Shown: piece after piece, positions 1 through 14,000 of the stretch
How positions within the stretch are numbered: position 1 is the first letter of the stretch
How the letters are laid out: each line of letters starts with the position of its first letter
Assembly (NCBI GenBank): GCA_964247055.1
Contig: OZ176050.1
Span: forward strand, 10,664,001-10,728,000
Direction of reading: 5' to 3'
DNA: 64,000 nt
Source of the DNA: Paragordius varius
Lineage: Eukaryota > Animalia > Nematomorpha
Notes under the pieces: generated by a model
Databases searched by the model: none
The model's input: the letters and a program-made list of their open reading frames with translations, nothing else
What the model was told of the DNA's origin: nothing
Made by a program: the position numbers and the translations under genes

Positions 1-737
1 ATTTGAAATTTAATGGTCCAACACGTTCTCCAAAAAATTGACTTAACCCATTTTTCACACGGGGTGGGCCCAAACTGGGGACCTAATTCCAAAAAAGGGC
101 GAAGCTATTGTCGGGGCATTCATTAATGATTAAATTTTTTCGATGTTTGGATTTGAATGGGTTCACCGGTTTTCCGGAAACAGATCACAAAGTTATATGA
201 AAAATCAGTTTTTAGCGGGTAGCTCCTTACCCAGCAGCTATCATCAAATAAACGGTGGACTAAAATTTTTGCCTTTTAACAGGGAATACCTGGAATCTTT
301 ATTGAATTTTTACGGTCTCATACCTAGGGCGAAAAATCGATTTAAAAAATTATTTTTGTGGACTTTGTTTTTTGAAAAAGGTGGCATTTCACGGGGGGAG
401 CGGATAAAAAGAGGGCCTATTTCAAAAAAGTGGCTCGACTATGTTCGGCGCAATCGAAAATAAGTAAACAAAAATCATATTTGAAATTGAATGGTCCAAC
501 ACGTTCTCCGGAAAATTGTCTCAAAAACACGATTTTGTGGACTTCTGTTTTTTAAAAAAACCCGTTTTTCATACGGGGTGGGCCCGAACTGGGGGCCTAT
601 TTCAAAAAAAGGGCGAAGCTATTGTCGGGACATTTATTAATGATTATATTTTTTTGATATTTGGATTTGATTGGGTCTACCGGTTTTCCTGTACCAGATC
701 ACAAAGCCAGCATTTTCCATTTTTATAAATATATAGA
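1..737 (-). mobile_element. Non-autonomous Helitron, 5' part with ~480-bp internal tandem unit (runs off the window start)
   Basis: Minus strand starts A|TCTATATATTTATAAAAATGG at 737, the same 5' end as the elements at 35534 and 36117. Positions 1-478 and 479-~720 are diverged tandem copies, the reverse complement of 35534-36620. Confidence 0.7.
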
Positions 738-1189
738 TGCCAAAATATCTTGATGAAATTTTGTTTTGAAAAAAAGGTTGCATCTCAAACTACTTCGACG
801 CCATTTTTATTCTACCAAAATTTTGCAAAATACCGTCTTCATTTAATTTTAAGGGTAAAACTAAAGCTTATTTTATATATAAATTACATCTAACATTGAT
901 AGAAATAGAAAAAGCGGTTTATTTTGTATTATTTTTTAATTTTACAATTTGACACATGTCACGTTGACTAAATTACCTTTCAGTTTTAGCTCAAAATAAG
1001 TAATATCAAGTATTTTTGAATAAATTTTTTTATATATTTCGGTTTATTAATGTTATATAAGTGCAAAATTTTGCCATGGTTTCGATTGCTTCCATATTTT
1101 ATAAATTATTTGATGTAAAACAGGCCTGGGGTATCCAACCACCCCAATTTGACTCGACTAAAATGAGGGTGTTGTATCCAAGTGTTAAG

Positions 1190-1605
1190 CATGTTGTGCC
1201 AAATAAATACTAAAATTTAAAAAAAGTGCTCAAGTTATAACTGTTTTTCCCTCAACTTTCACATGTGAGACAGCATATTCAAAAATGAAGTATGACAAGA
1301 ATACATACAGAAATCGCTTACTGATGATTATATGGACGACGTAATAAGATTGGCCTGTCATCAGGCAAAACCAAATTTGTCAAAAATTGGTTAACAAAAT
1401 AAATGTTGGTATCAAAATATTTTGATTTTTTACGAGTTTTTAGCTGGGTTTTCATGCGATCTCCAAATTTCATTGTGCTGATTTAGTTTATAAATATGTT
1501 AATATTTTTAAAATAGCTATAGAATATTTGTGTTTATAAGGTTCCTGGTTTTCTAATAAATTATAATTTATTTGGCCTGTCAAATTTTTTTGTTGAGTAC
1601 TACTG
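1190..1605 (+). mobile_element. hAT (Charlie/SPIN-like) transposase remnant, C-terminal dimerisation region, frameshifted
   Basis: 1261-1395 reads TCETAYSKMKYDKNTYRNRL / TDDYMDDVIRLACHQAKPNLSK across a 1-nt frameshift, matching the hAT motif S-T-x-x-C-E-x-x-F-S-x-M-K-x-x-K-x-x-x-R-x-x-L-T-D. A TIR-like ttgagtactactg lies near 1593-1605. Confidence 0.6.
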
Positions 1606-2040
1606 TTTTAAAGAAATTAAAAATCTGCGACTTTAGGAGGCCAACTAAAATTTAAAACATACATCAGCTTATTTTAATTGCATGAAGGAAATATCCATCC
1701 GAGTAAAAACCCTTGAAACTGAATTCACAACAAAATTTTAATTAACCTAAATACTAATCCAATTTAATAATATCACATAAAAAATTATGATTTACCTGTA
1801 TTATTTACTACGTTATGAAGCCTTTATAATATTATAAAGGGCATTTAAATCCTATACTATGCATTAACAATAATCATTATCATGATTATAACATTACAAA
1901 ATTCACTCGATCATCAAATCATTCTTTGGTTGATAATTTTATCTAACGTGGAATACGTGGCATTTACTAAAAAACCCAGTTTTTACCGTTTATAGGCCAT
2001 TTATTTTGGTTGAAAGGTGTAAATTTAAATATCTACAAGT

Positions 2041-5000
2041 ATGGCGAATTGTTCTGAGGGATATTATCCTCCTAACCAGTACAGGTTTTATTTAATAGCT
2101 AAATTTTAGTCATATTAATGGTCATACGGTAAACAAAACATATTAATAAATTTAATTTTAGGACAAAACAAATAATTTAGTAAATGGGGGAGATGCAATG
2201 AATAATTTGACACAAAATTTTGATAATGTTGATTTGAATGGTTCTTATACTTTTACTGAAAATAACCCTTATAATATGAATGTTAACAATGGAAATCAAA
2301 ACGATTCTCAAATAGTAAAATTATATTACTATTTTAGAAAAATAGTCATTATCAGTCTAACTTACATCAGTATCCTAATTATGTAAATGGTTATGATAAG
2401 TTAAATTCTAATGATTCAATGAATCCTATGAATACCAATTTGTATGCCCAAAACGCAGTTAACTCTAATAAGCTATCCAATTTTAATACAAATCCGAATG
2501 TATCCACTTATTATCAGAATGAAGATAATATGATTAATCCCAATCCTCCACCCAATAATTACAATAATTTTTATAATGACCCTAATCAAAAATCACAAAA
2601 TTATTACCCGAATAATTATTCTAATATGGGCGCGATTCCAAATATCAATCCCCAGATGTACAACGGTTTTTGTAAGTTTCTTATTTTTTTAGGTCTCACA
2701 AAATACAGATTTATTACAATTGTAATCATAATATTTATAATACTAATAATCCATACGAATTAATATTCTGGGGTAGTTTATTAAATTGTGGGTTTTTATT
2801 AATTTTAGTTGGTCAAACTTTTATAATTTGGAAAAATTTATGGTCACTTTGCTTTTAAATTGAAAAAAGTTAAATTTTTAGCAGTCAATGATAAATGTTA
2901 ATGAATAACTTATTTAAATGTTTTTTTTTAAAAATTGATACAATATATGTTTGTATGTTAATTTACTAATAAAATAAATTTAATCTCGCGTTATCATCTG
3001 TTTTTTTCCATTTTTTTGTATTGGCTAATGTAATATTTTTTCCTAATATTTAGGCGCCATCATTTTAATACCGGTTAAAATAAAGTTAGAACCGATTACT
3101 CTATAAAATCAAGGGTTACAAAAAAATATCTTGATGAAATAAATATATTTTGATAGAAAAATGTATCAGGATTATCATGGGGCTTTTGGTTTAGCGATTG
3201 ATGTAAGAAAGTTATTTCGACTTTTGTGCTAAAAGTGCTCCATATTAGAAAATGGCGAAATTTGACCACATTTTTTTGTAATAAATTTTTTTGAGCAAAG
3301 CTAAATGCTATATTCCAAAAAATATCTTAAAAATATACCATTTACAGTTCATATTCACTCTTGAACAATTCAAATTCAAGCTCAAAATTAATAATGTGTT
3401 TTCGAACTAATATAACCCATTATTAATATGAAATATATATTTATGGCATAGTTTGTTATTTTTTCACTAATATTTTAATTTAAAACAAAATTTTAATTAA
3501 TAAAATATATGAAAATATAGGTAATTTTTAATCTTGAAAAACATATATTTTATTTGAGGGTGAATTTTAAATGGAGGGGGAATTTGAATTGTTCAAGGGT
3601 GAATTTGAATTGTTTAAGGGTGAATTTGAATTGTAAATGGTATATATCATAAACTACTTATAAAAAGTAAAACAATATTTTTATAATATTTTAATTTTTA
3701 GATGTCGGCTCCGAAAGTCCTAAATTTTTTTGTTCTTCTAAAACGGACTATTTCTATTAAAATAAACGCAAAAATGCAGCGATTGCGGTATAAAATTTTC
3801 AATATATGTTAATTATGACACTAAAAAAATATTTTTTAAAAAATGCATACTTTTTACAAAAATTTAATTGTTAGCAAAATTTTGTTTAAGCGTACTTCAT
3901 CCCTTTTTAGGCATGATGAAAACGATATAAAAACGACTTTAGATATTATGAAAAAACTTTTTCTATATAATTTGTTGATAGTGAACAAACATATCTATCA
4001 CCTCACAATTTAAGATATTCGTCTATAATCAAATTTTAAACACATATTGTTAATAAAAAAATTCATCAAAATTTTAAAGTAAATGAATATTAAAATTTAA
4101 ATTCTGAGGTGATAAAAATGTTAAGCATAATCGAATTATAAAAAAAGTGTTTTTATGATATTAAGCGTTTGTCTAAAAAAGATATAAGGTTCCCCTCAAC
4201 AGAATTTTGATATAAATTAAATTTTTTAAAAGTATGCATTTTTTGAAAAATATTTTTTTACGTCTAAATTTAGCATATATTTATATTATCGGGCGATCCC
4301 GGCATTTTTGCGTTTTTTTAAAAAGAACTATCCCGTTTTAGGGGAGCAAATTGGGACTTTCAGAGCCCATATCTAAAAATTCAAATATCACAAAAATATT
4401 GTTTTGTTTTTTTTAAGTAGTTTATGATATATTTTAGTAATGTTTCTTGGAATTAAGCATTTAGCTTTCATCAAAAAAATTTATTACAAAAAATGTGATC
4501 GAAATTTGCCATTTTCCGATATGGAGCATTTATGGAAAAAGTATAAATAACTTTCTTATGTCATTTTCGTAAGCCCCAAAACCAAAAGCACTAGGAGATT
4601 CCTGATACATAATTTTATCGAAATATATATATATATATATATATATATATTTCATTATGATATTTTTTTAACACTGTATAGATAGCATTTTATATTTTTT
4701 GTGACACTGTCTTACACTTATAAATCTAATGTTTGGGAAATGAAAAAAAAAACATTTTTACTAGCCAGTTTTATGTGTATATCAAATTTTTCAATACAAT
4801 CGTTTATACGAAATAATATGATTATATGTCTGCTATTAAATACAAAATACATTTTTAAATCACTTTTATTATATAAAACTCTAAATTTGGCACATTGACA
4901 TCGTAATTTAAATAATTGAATTATTTGATTTTCATATCAGGGAAAGTAGATATTTTTTTTACAATTTTCGGAAAAATATTAAAAATCATAATATTTTTAA

Positions 5001-8000
5001 ATTAAAAAAAAGTTTAAAATTTTATTTATTTACCATGTTAAACTACTGTTAAATATGTGACTTTGTATAAGTATGGTGCTAATGAGCAAAAGTGCATATA
5101 TTACTTTTTTCAAAACCCTTCCATACTCATTGATAAAATCTCATTTTTCATCTAAGCTAATTAAACAGTGATTTTATATATCTATTTACAACTATGTTTG
5201 CAATTTAAGCGTTTTTCATCATAATTAATAATTTTCTTATATATTTATTTTAACTCACTGTTAATAATTACATTATGCCCTTTTATCGCTTCCAAATACA
5301 GCGTGATCAATTAATTAATTTAATTGCCTTATGTAAAAATTAAGTTACAAACTACACTTTTAGTTGGTGTTTTACCTTTTAGGTCTTTTCTTAAAGCTCC
5401 AAATTATTCCGGTTTTTATGACTAGATCTTTATATTTTAAGTTTCTTTTTTAGTATAAGATCTACTGAATTCGGCTGTAATTTTTCATTTTATATTATGT
5501 TTTGATTTTTTCTTCTTTCGAGATGCACAGCCCATTGCTAAATCAAGATTTATTATAATGATATTTAGCAATTTACTCTAGTTTTTATATAGCAATAATT
5601 GATTATATATAATTAATTCTTAATTATGCGCATTAATTTTGGTGAGTTAACATTGTTGGCCAATGGGTATTACATTAGCATATAATATAAAACAACTTTT
5701 GCCCATATTTAAATATTAAATTTTATGTGGTGGGAAAAAATTGTAATTTCAACACCAATTGTTATAAAAAAATTAAGCTAAAATGCGTACAAATATAAAA
5801 AATATATATTTGTACGCATTGCAGCTTAATTTTTTTAATAAATTTCATAAATACAATGCGTAATTTTCTCAATTTTAATATCAACCAATTGTTGTATTTA
5901 CCCATAAGCTACTGTATTACCAATTGCCCACATTAATATGCACATACTGTTTATCTATATCATACAGCAAATGCAAATAACAATACCGTAAACGCCAACA
6001 ATGTCCCTTACCAACCCATGCCGCAGAACGCTGCTGGATTTAATCAACAACAACAACAACAAATGATTGGTTCTTATCCGACTGGTCAACCTCCTCCTAT
6101 GAGACCTTCATACGGACAGACCGGACCGACCGCTTCAATGATGGGAACTCAGCAGTTTCCACCTCCCCAGGCCACCGCCGCTCCAGCAGCTAAAAAATTG
6201 GATCCTGATACACTCCCTAACCCGGTTCCTTTATATTATTAATACTTTTATGTTTTTTTAGGGTTTGATTATTTGTGCAAACTTTATATTACACTGGACA
6301 ACAAGTTTTTCTGCCACTCGAATTTTTAGAATTTTCTGATATTTAGTATCATTTTAACAGTAAATCTGAAATAAAAATTATAACTCGTTGGAATTTTGTA
6401 TAATTTGATTTTTGATTATGCGCCCTCTTTATCAAAACTTTACTAAAAAATATTTTTCTTTGAAAATATACAAGTAATGCCCATTTGTAATATATCATTC
6501 GTAAGAGTTATAAAAACTCTATAAAATTCATACTAATATGTATTAGATCGACAGTTAATATTGGACACAAAGAGCGACAACGCGCGAAGCGAGAGCATTT
6601 TTTTTAATTATTATATTTTTAAAACTAATGAGTGAAAATAGCTCAAACTTTGTTTAAATGGTGATAAATGTCCAAAAAAGATAACACAAGAAAGTTTTTT
6701 TGATTAAAACATATAATTAATGCTTTTATGTCACTCAAAACAGCCATTTTTAAGTTTTTTGCTTTTTAAAAATTACCATCTTATCAATATTAATTTATTT
6801 TCTTTACAAGGCTGATAATTTCGAAATTTTAAAGATAAAAACAAAGTTTAAGGTATTTTTGATCTTTTATTGCCATTATGTAATAAATTTACAGTTATAA
6901 CTATGCATTTTAGTATCCACTAGGTAAAATATTTATGATAATAATAATTTTTATTAAAAAAGCAAACCAAAAGCTTTTTCAAACATCTTTTTAATACTAA
7001 TATAATCCTAATAATTATATTAAAATAATTTATATGATTATTAAATTAGTTTGTCTGTGAAAATTCTTGACTTATTTAAGGATTGAAAATTTCGACCATT
7101 TAAATCCAAATAACTTTTACATCCGATTGATTTAAATGACTTACTACCATTTAAAAGATGCAGTTTTTTGCGCTCTTTCGAATGATATAAAACACATGGC
7201 TTCATATCTAAAACTTTTAATTTTCGAAATTTCGATTTAATGTTAAATCGGGGCCAAAAATTATCGATAAACTCTAATATAATAAAATTCTTTCATGCTA
7301 GACCAATTTTCTTTTCAGATATACTAATTATGTGCTTTAATGAAATAAATTTTAAATTTACAAGAATGGCAGTTAAAAAAAGTTAAAATTTGTTGTCTAG
7401 TGTTATCTTTTGTTATGATTTCAAGTAAACACTAGAGCGATAAAATTGAGATGAAAGAGGTTGTTTAGGAGAAAAAATTACTTTAAGTTTAAAAACTGTT
7501 TCAACTTAAAATTTGAGATTTTTTGAGTAGCATTATATCTGGTATAATGTTAACTTTAAAACGAATAAAAATTCTATTTTACACAGATACAAATTATAGA
7601 GGATGATAAAAGCAAACACACCGGTGTATACAGATGTGAAGACAATCGAGACGCTATCCCCCCTGCCGTAACTACGGATTTTATTGCTGATAATAATGGT
7701 TTTAATTAACATTTTTGCATTTACAATTATTTTTTTAGCGTAGCATTGATTATTTTGAATTATAATTGTAGCCGAATTATTTTATTTTTCCTTTAAAGTT
7801 GATTTTTTTGAATTTAAGATACCTATCATGAGGGATTAATCGGTAGTTGGTCGCATATATACAATATAAATTAAAATTATAATGACAAAACGTTAAAACC
7901 ATATTTGGACAGACATAATTTTATGAATATACATTATATCGATTGTAATATAATATATATATATATATATATATATACACCTACATCTTAATTAATTGCT

Positions 8001-11000
8001 CGTTTTGTAACCCAAAATGATATTATCTTTTAATTAAAAAATTAAATGTCAGATAATATAATTGTCCCTTTAAACAAATTTGATGGTTTTTTAGTTTCTA
8101 CGTTTTATCATTATAATTTTGATTTTTTAATGTATTAATATAATAATCTTGTTTTTGTTGTTGCTAAGGTCGATTCCGACTAACTGCAACAATGAAAATA
8201 TAGCTTCTCCATTCATTGCGAATCCAGGATCTGGTGTTTAGTTCGGATAATGATTGGTTGGTTTCTTTGAGGATGTTATCCATTCAACGAGTTCTTCTAC
8301 TTCCTCCTTTACGAGCACCACTCACTTTTCCCAGCATCAGTGATTTTTCAAGTGAGTTGGCCAAAAAAGGATAGTTTTTGCCGTATTAGGAGGCTGCTCA
8401 GTAGTGAAATTTCCGGATTAATTTTATTTAAAATAGTAGCGTTAGGAATTTTGTCTGTCAACCTAATTCCATGGCCAAAACGGCGGCAAATAAATTTAAC
8501 AAAATTTGGGCATCCCATGAGGTCAGCTTAAAAACCAACATTCGTTCAAATTTTATTCAACTTACCTCTATGGGTGTGAAGGTTGGACATTAAAAAATCT
8601 GACACTTGGATTAACTCCTTTGATATGTGGATGTGGAGAAAACCTTTACAAATAAAATGGACGGATAAAATAACTAACAATGCAATTTTGAATAAAATCA
8701 ATCCCGATATTTCATTGCTTGAAATGTCCATCCACACCAAACTATCCTACTTTGGCCACATTACGAGATCTAATTCACTGGAAAAATCCTTAATGTTGGG
8801 AAAAGTTAGTAATACTCGTATAAAGAACCGAAGAAGGATAAGGTAGATTGACAATATTCAATAAGAAACCCACGCAACCTTGGCTGAACTAAGCATTAAA
8901 ACTAAAAATCGCAATTTATGGAGAGGTTTTTTATGCAATATTGCAAAAAGTCGACCTCGACTGTAGTAACACACACGCACACACATCTGTTGTGAAAATG
9001 CAAATTTTGTGCAGCAAAAAGGTGAGTCATGTCAATATTTATTTTATATTAATTTAGTTAATTGTTCTCCACGATTTATTCGTTCAACATTGTATTGTGC
9101 ACCATGCACGCAAGATATGGTCAAAATGACTTCCATACCATTCGCCATTTCTATATCACCTTTTGCTGAACTAAACTCTGGAGAGGTATTTGGTTATTTT
9201 TTTATTATAATTAGTTTAAATTTCTTTAAATTGTTTATTTAAAGGGTTTAAATAAGAACTCTGCAAATTACTAATTTTGACAATATTGTAAAATTGCCTT
9301 TTAAAATTTTTTGCAGGCTTCAATTATGTGCATGTTGGGCTTTAAATCTGTTTTTTTAACTAAAAAGAGTACTTTTAACGAATCAAAATTTAAATTACAA
9401 CTAGCTTTTTTTATACGCTAAAATATTTAGCACATAACTAAACTACCAAAATGTTTTACAATTTAACATTATGTTAGAGTCCACTTCCACTCATTGATTT
9501 CGGTGAGATGGGCCCAGTTCGTTGCAATCGTTGTAAGGCTTATGTTAGCTCTTTCATGCAATTCAACGATGGGGGTCGCAAATTTTTTTGTCCTTTTTGC
9601 AAGACAAACACTGAAGGTATGATCAATACATAATTTGCATTTTGGGATAAATTGGAACATACAGTAATAATTAAAATTATATGGACAAAACGTAAAAATA
9701 TAAAGACAAAATTTTATTTCACAAAAGACAACCATACTTTTTAAACCTTGATTTTATGGAATACACACCATTGTTTAAATTTGCAAGATTAATATTAGTG
9801 ATCTATATTGGTAACGCAATTAATTATATATTTTATAATTTTTATTAAAGAATTTATAAAAGAAAAATTAAGGTTTAATATATATTTTTACGTTTTGTCC
9901 GTATATTTTCAATTTTTACTGTAAATCCAGTATTTTTGCATTGCTTAATTATTTTATATTATAACATTGCCAATATAGTTCCAGCCGAATATTTCAATCA
10001 TTTGGATTATAATGGGAAACGTATTGATCTTGCTATGAGACCCGAGCTCTTTTGTGGATCTTACGAGATGGTAGCCACCAAAGAATATTGCAAGGTAACA
10101 AATCAGAATTTTTAAAGTCATTTTTTCCTCAGACCCTCATTATAATGATTTGCCGATAATATTCAGTTTGTTATCCGCATCATTACTCTTTTTAAATAAA
10201 TTTAAAGTTTTAATTTTAATACCCCGATCAGTATTCTTAAAATATACACAAAACACCTAGATCAGAGGTGTCCAACACAAATATCTTTGCGACTGTTTGC
10301 GATAATTTTTCTAGATTTATTTTGAACCAGATAATACATATTCTAAATAATCGTGAATTAAAATTCATTTTTTTATTTTTTTAACATTTTAAAAAGTGCT
10401 TTTGATTACGGAAAAAAGTGGATACCTCTGATCTTGATTTTGGAATAAACAGACTATTTAGCGTTTTATTTTTTCCAAGCTAAAAATGAGCAGGATGTAA
10501 ATTTGTAGGCAGTATTGTAAATGCGGTATTTTGCATAAAATATATAAATTTAAATATTAGAATAATGAATTTCCTCAACCACCTGCCCTCATTTTCATGT
10601 TTGATGTTTCTTACAATGCAATGCATAGCGGATTAATTCCTCTCATCTGTCAAAACATTAAACAATTGTTGATTGCCCTTAAACAAAAGTAATAATTTAA
10701 GTATTTGAAAATGAGTTATTCAAAATTGATTAATAATTGGTATATAATAAATAAATTTATTTAAATAAGTTTTTTTGGATTATAATAAACAATTACAATG
10801 ACAAAACTATAAATTTCCATGGAATTATTATCTTTATATATTTTATAGCAAGTTATTATGATACGAATTAATTTTCTCAAACAAATTTATTCAATAAATA
10901 TAAGTTATTAATCAATTTAACGGTGATAATTTACAATATAATATACCTTCAAATACCTATATACAAAACTCTAGAGTTTTTAAAATTATTTTACCCTAAT

Positions 11001-14000
11001 ATTTAGTAATGAAGCTAGTGGTATTAATTTGCGAATTGGGATAATGTCGTATGATGCAATGATTCATTTCTATCTGGCTAGAGTATGTATATTCATTTAG
11101 TATCATCATATTTTTTTATATAACATCACTTTTTATTTGATAACTATTTTAACTAAAATTTGTACTATATATATGTATGCTGCATTACACATTATTGTAG
11201 AATACCGAACACCCAAAAATCGTTTTTGAACCCGATTTGAACGAAGTATTTGTGCCTTCACATCATGATTTTTTATTGCCCTTGGAAGAGATGATTGAGA
11301 GCATTGATAGGTAAATATCAAATTTTTTTTACATAATAATATCATTCTTAAAATAGTTATATACAATAAATTTAAAAATTATATATACAATTTGTTTCTT
11401 AAAATCAAAAAATATTGTATAGAGCCTTAGGTTTTCTTTTTCCATTGCACAAAACGATGGTTATTTTCTATAATTTTTACAGTATATCTGAACAAATTTT
11501 GGCAAACTTTACCGAAACAAAATTGACGGAAATTATGTTAGGACCAGCTATACAAGCTGGTATGGAGTCATTTAAGGTATACCATATTTAATGGCATTCT
11601 TTTAATTTAACTACTAAACATTTTAAATTCTTTTAAGCAAGCAAATTGTTCTGGAAAACTAATGGTATTTCACACATCACTTCCTTTGTTAGAAGCCCCA
11701 GGGAAACTGGAAAATAAAGACGACCCGAAATTATTGGGAACTGAAAAGGAAAAGGTTTATTTTTTATTGCCCTAATATTGTCCGTTTAAACGAATTATAA
11801 TTATATTTATAATGGCTGATTTTTTTATTTTTTGCAATATATTTTTTGTTTTATTTAGAAGCAAACGGTATGGTGCTTTCTTTATTAACTTTTATATTTT
11901 TTTATATATTTCATTAATAATAAAATAGTAGAGACTAAATACGATTCATTTAATAAAAATTAATAATTTTTATTTTGATTAAATAAATTGCATATAGTTT
12001 CTTTTATGTTATTAGTAATAATGCGTTTTTCTCTTATTTATTCTTTATATTAATGTTTTGCTAAAAATTCTAATTTATCAATTTTATTATCTTTTTCAAA
12101 TAAATTGACTGGTATTATTGTTGACTTAATATTGTTTTAAATGTGATTATATTATTGAGCAAAAATTATAATTGGGTAATTGTACTTTTATAAACAAATA
12201 AACGAAATAATAAGTTAATAAAATTTTTGAGTGTCATTTATAATATATTTTTTTCATCAATTTAAATATCTCTTTTAATTTAGATTACAAAAAATATAAT
12301 TTAAAATATTATAAAAATATTAAATAATATTTTAAATATACCTCAATATTTTACTTTGCAAAATTAATAATTGGTATATCACTTAATTATAAATTTTACA
12401 ATTTTACATACAATGTATATTATAAATCAAGGTTTTTAAAACATAAGGTTGTCTCATTAAAAAAATAGACTTTTATTTCTTACATTTTGTTTATATATAT
12501 TCGTTTCACTTTTCACTTTAAATTTCTCAAACAAATTCGTTTTTTATTAAAACTCTAATTATTAGAATATATTATTGCCTTCAAACCCATTTTACACCAA
12601 ACTTGGTGAGTCTTGTGTTCAGGCTGGATGTGGAATTGATCTTTTTGTTTTCCCAAATCAATATATTAATCTGGCTACCATGGGTGAGATTTGTCGCGTC
12701 ACTGGTGGTCATATATACAAATATGATTGTTTTAGGGTAAGTTGTTACACTAATATTTACTTACTTTTTTTGATAGTTTAATATATATGTCTGTTTTAAC
12801 TTTAAAAAATTGATAATTTTTCACATTACTAACGGTAAAATATCGGTAAAATAGGTGTATATTTTTTTTAATTTAGTATAATGGCTTCAAGTTTTTTTAT
12901 TTTAATGAAACATTTTTTAGTTTTATTATAAAATCTATACGGTTAAAAAGGGGAACCAATGTATATTTTTTAATTTACTTAATTTCCACAAAAAAATTTA
13001 TCAACATTTATTATATTTATTTTCACATGTTAGGCTGATGTAGATGGTGAGCGCTTAATAACTCATCTCCATCAAATAGTCAAAAAACCAATTGCTTTTG
13101 ATTGTATCATGAAAGTACGGACTTCCACTGGTAAACGAAAATTTTATTAATTCTAATATTGACATTGTATTATATTTTTTACACCTATTTGATTTAACAT
13201 TCAAAGATGCACATTTACATTAATATAATTAATAACAAAATTATTGATATAATTTTCAATTTATTAAATTGGTATACTTTTAATATAATATTTTGTTAAG
13301 ATAAATTATAAATTAATTAGGTTTGAGACCCGTTGAATACTATGGCAATTTTTTCATGGAAAATTCGACAGATGTTGAATGCGCTATCCTTGATTCCGAA
13401 AATAATATCACAGTCGAGCTAAAACATGACGATAAACTATCCGAACAAGAATTGGCTTACATTCAAGTAACTTTTTACAATAAAAATTAAAATATGACCA
13501 TAATTCTTTAAAATATAGACAACTTCAGTAACGTACCTAAAATAAAACGTACAATTTGTTGCAAAATAATTAAAATTGTTTATATAAAAAATGAAATAGT
13601 ATTTCACTGACTTTAGACTAAAATATATTTGTCTTTTAATTCTTTCTTTTTATGGGTTTTAATAATAAACAGGTGGCAATTTTATACACCTCATTGAGTG
13701 GACAGCGGAGACTGCGTATACATAATCTATCTATGCGCGCAAGTAACCTATATAGCGATTTGTACAAATTGTGCGATCAAGATGCATTGATGAATTTTTT
13801 GGCCAAACAGGGTTAGTTAATAAAATTTACAAAACTACTTTGATTGAGAATATATGTAAATTCAGCAATAATCAAAATTTTTTAAATGTAAATTTTCGTT
13901 TACAACGAGTAATCTTTATATAATAAATATATGTTAACAGTAAAATATTCCTGATATGCACCTAATAGGATACGATATGCTTTTTTTATAAATTAATTTT

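Noticed and set aside
143-728. ORFs of 106 and 70 aa, and their counterparts at 35530-36585 (MSQKHDF.., MARLCSAQ..)
   Set aside because: They lie in Helitron repeat units, differ by frameshifts between copies and show no protein motif.
5768-5835. Pre-miRNA-like hairpin
   Set aside because: It is the centre of a larger palindromic MITE-like element and is extremely AT-rich; no recognisable mature miRNA.
9015-9021. 7-nt micro-exon with good splice sites (gcag|caaaaag|gtgagt) followed by a 36-nt intron
   Set aside because: Inclusion shifts the SEC24 frame to an immediate stop and the gene closes without it; at most a poison exon, unsupported without reads.
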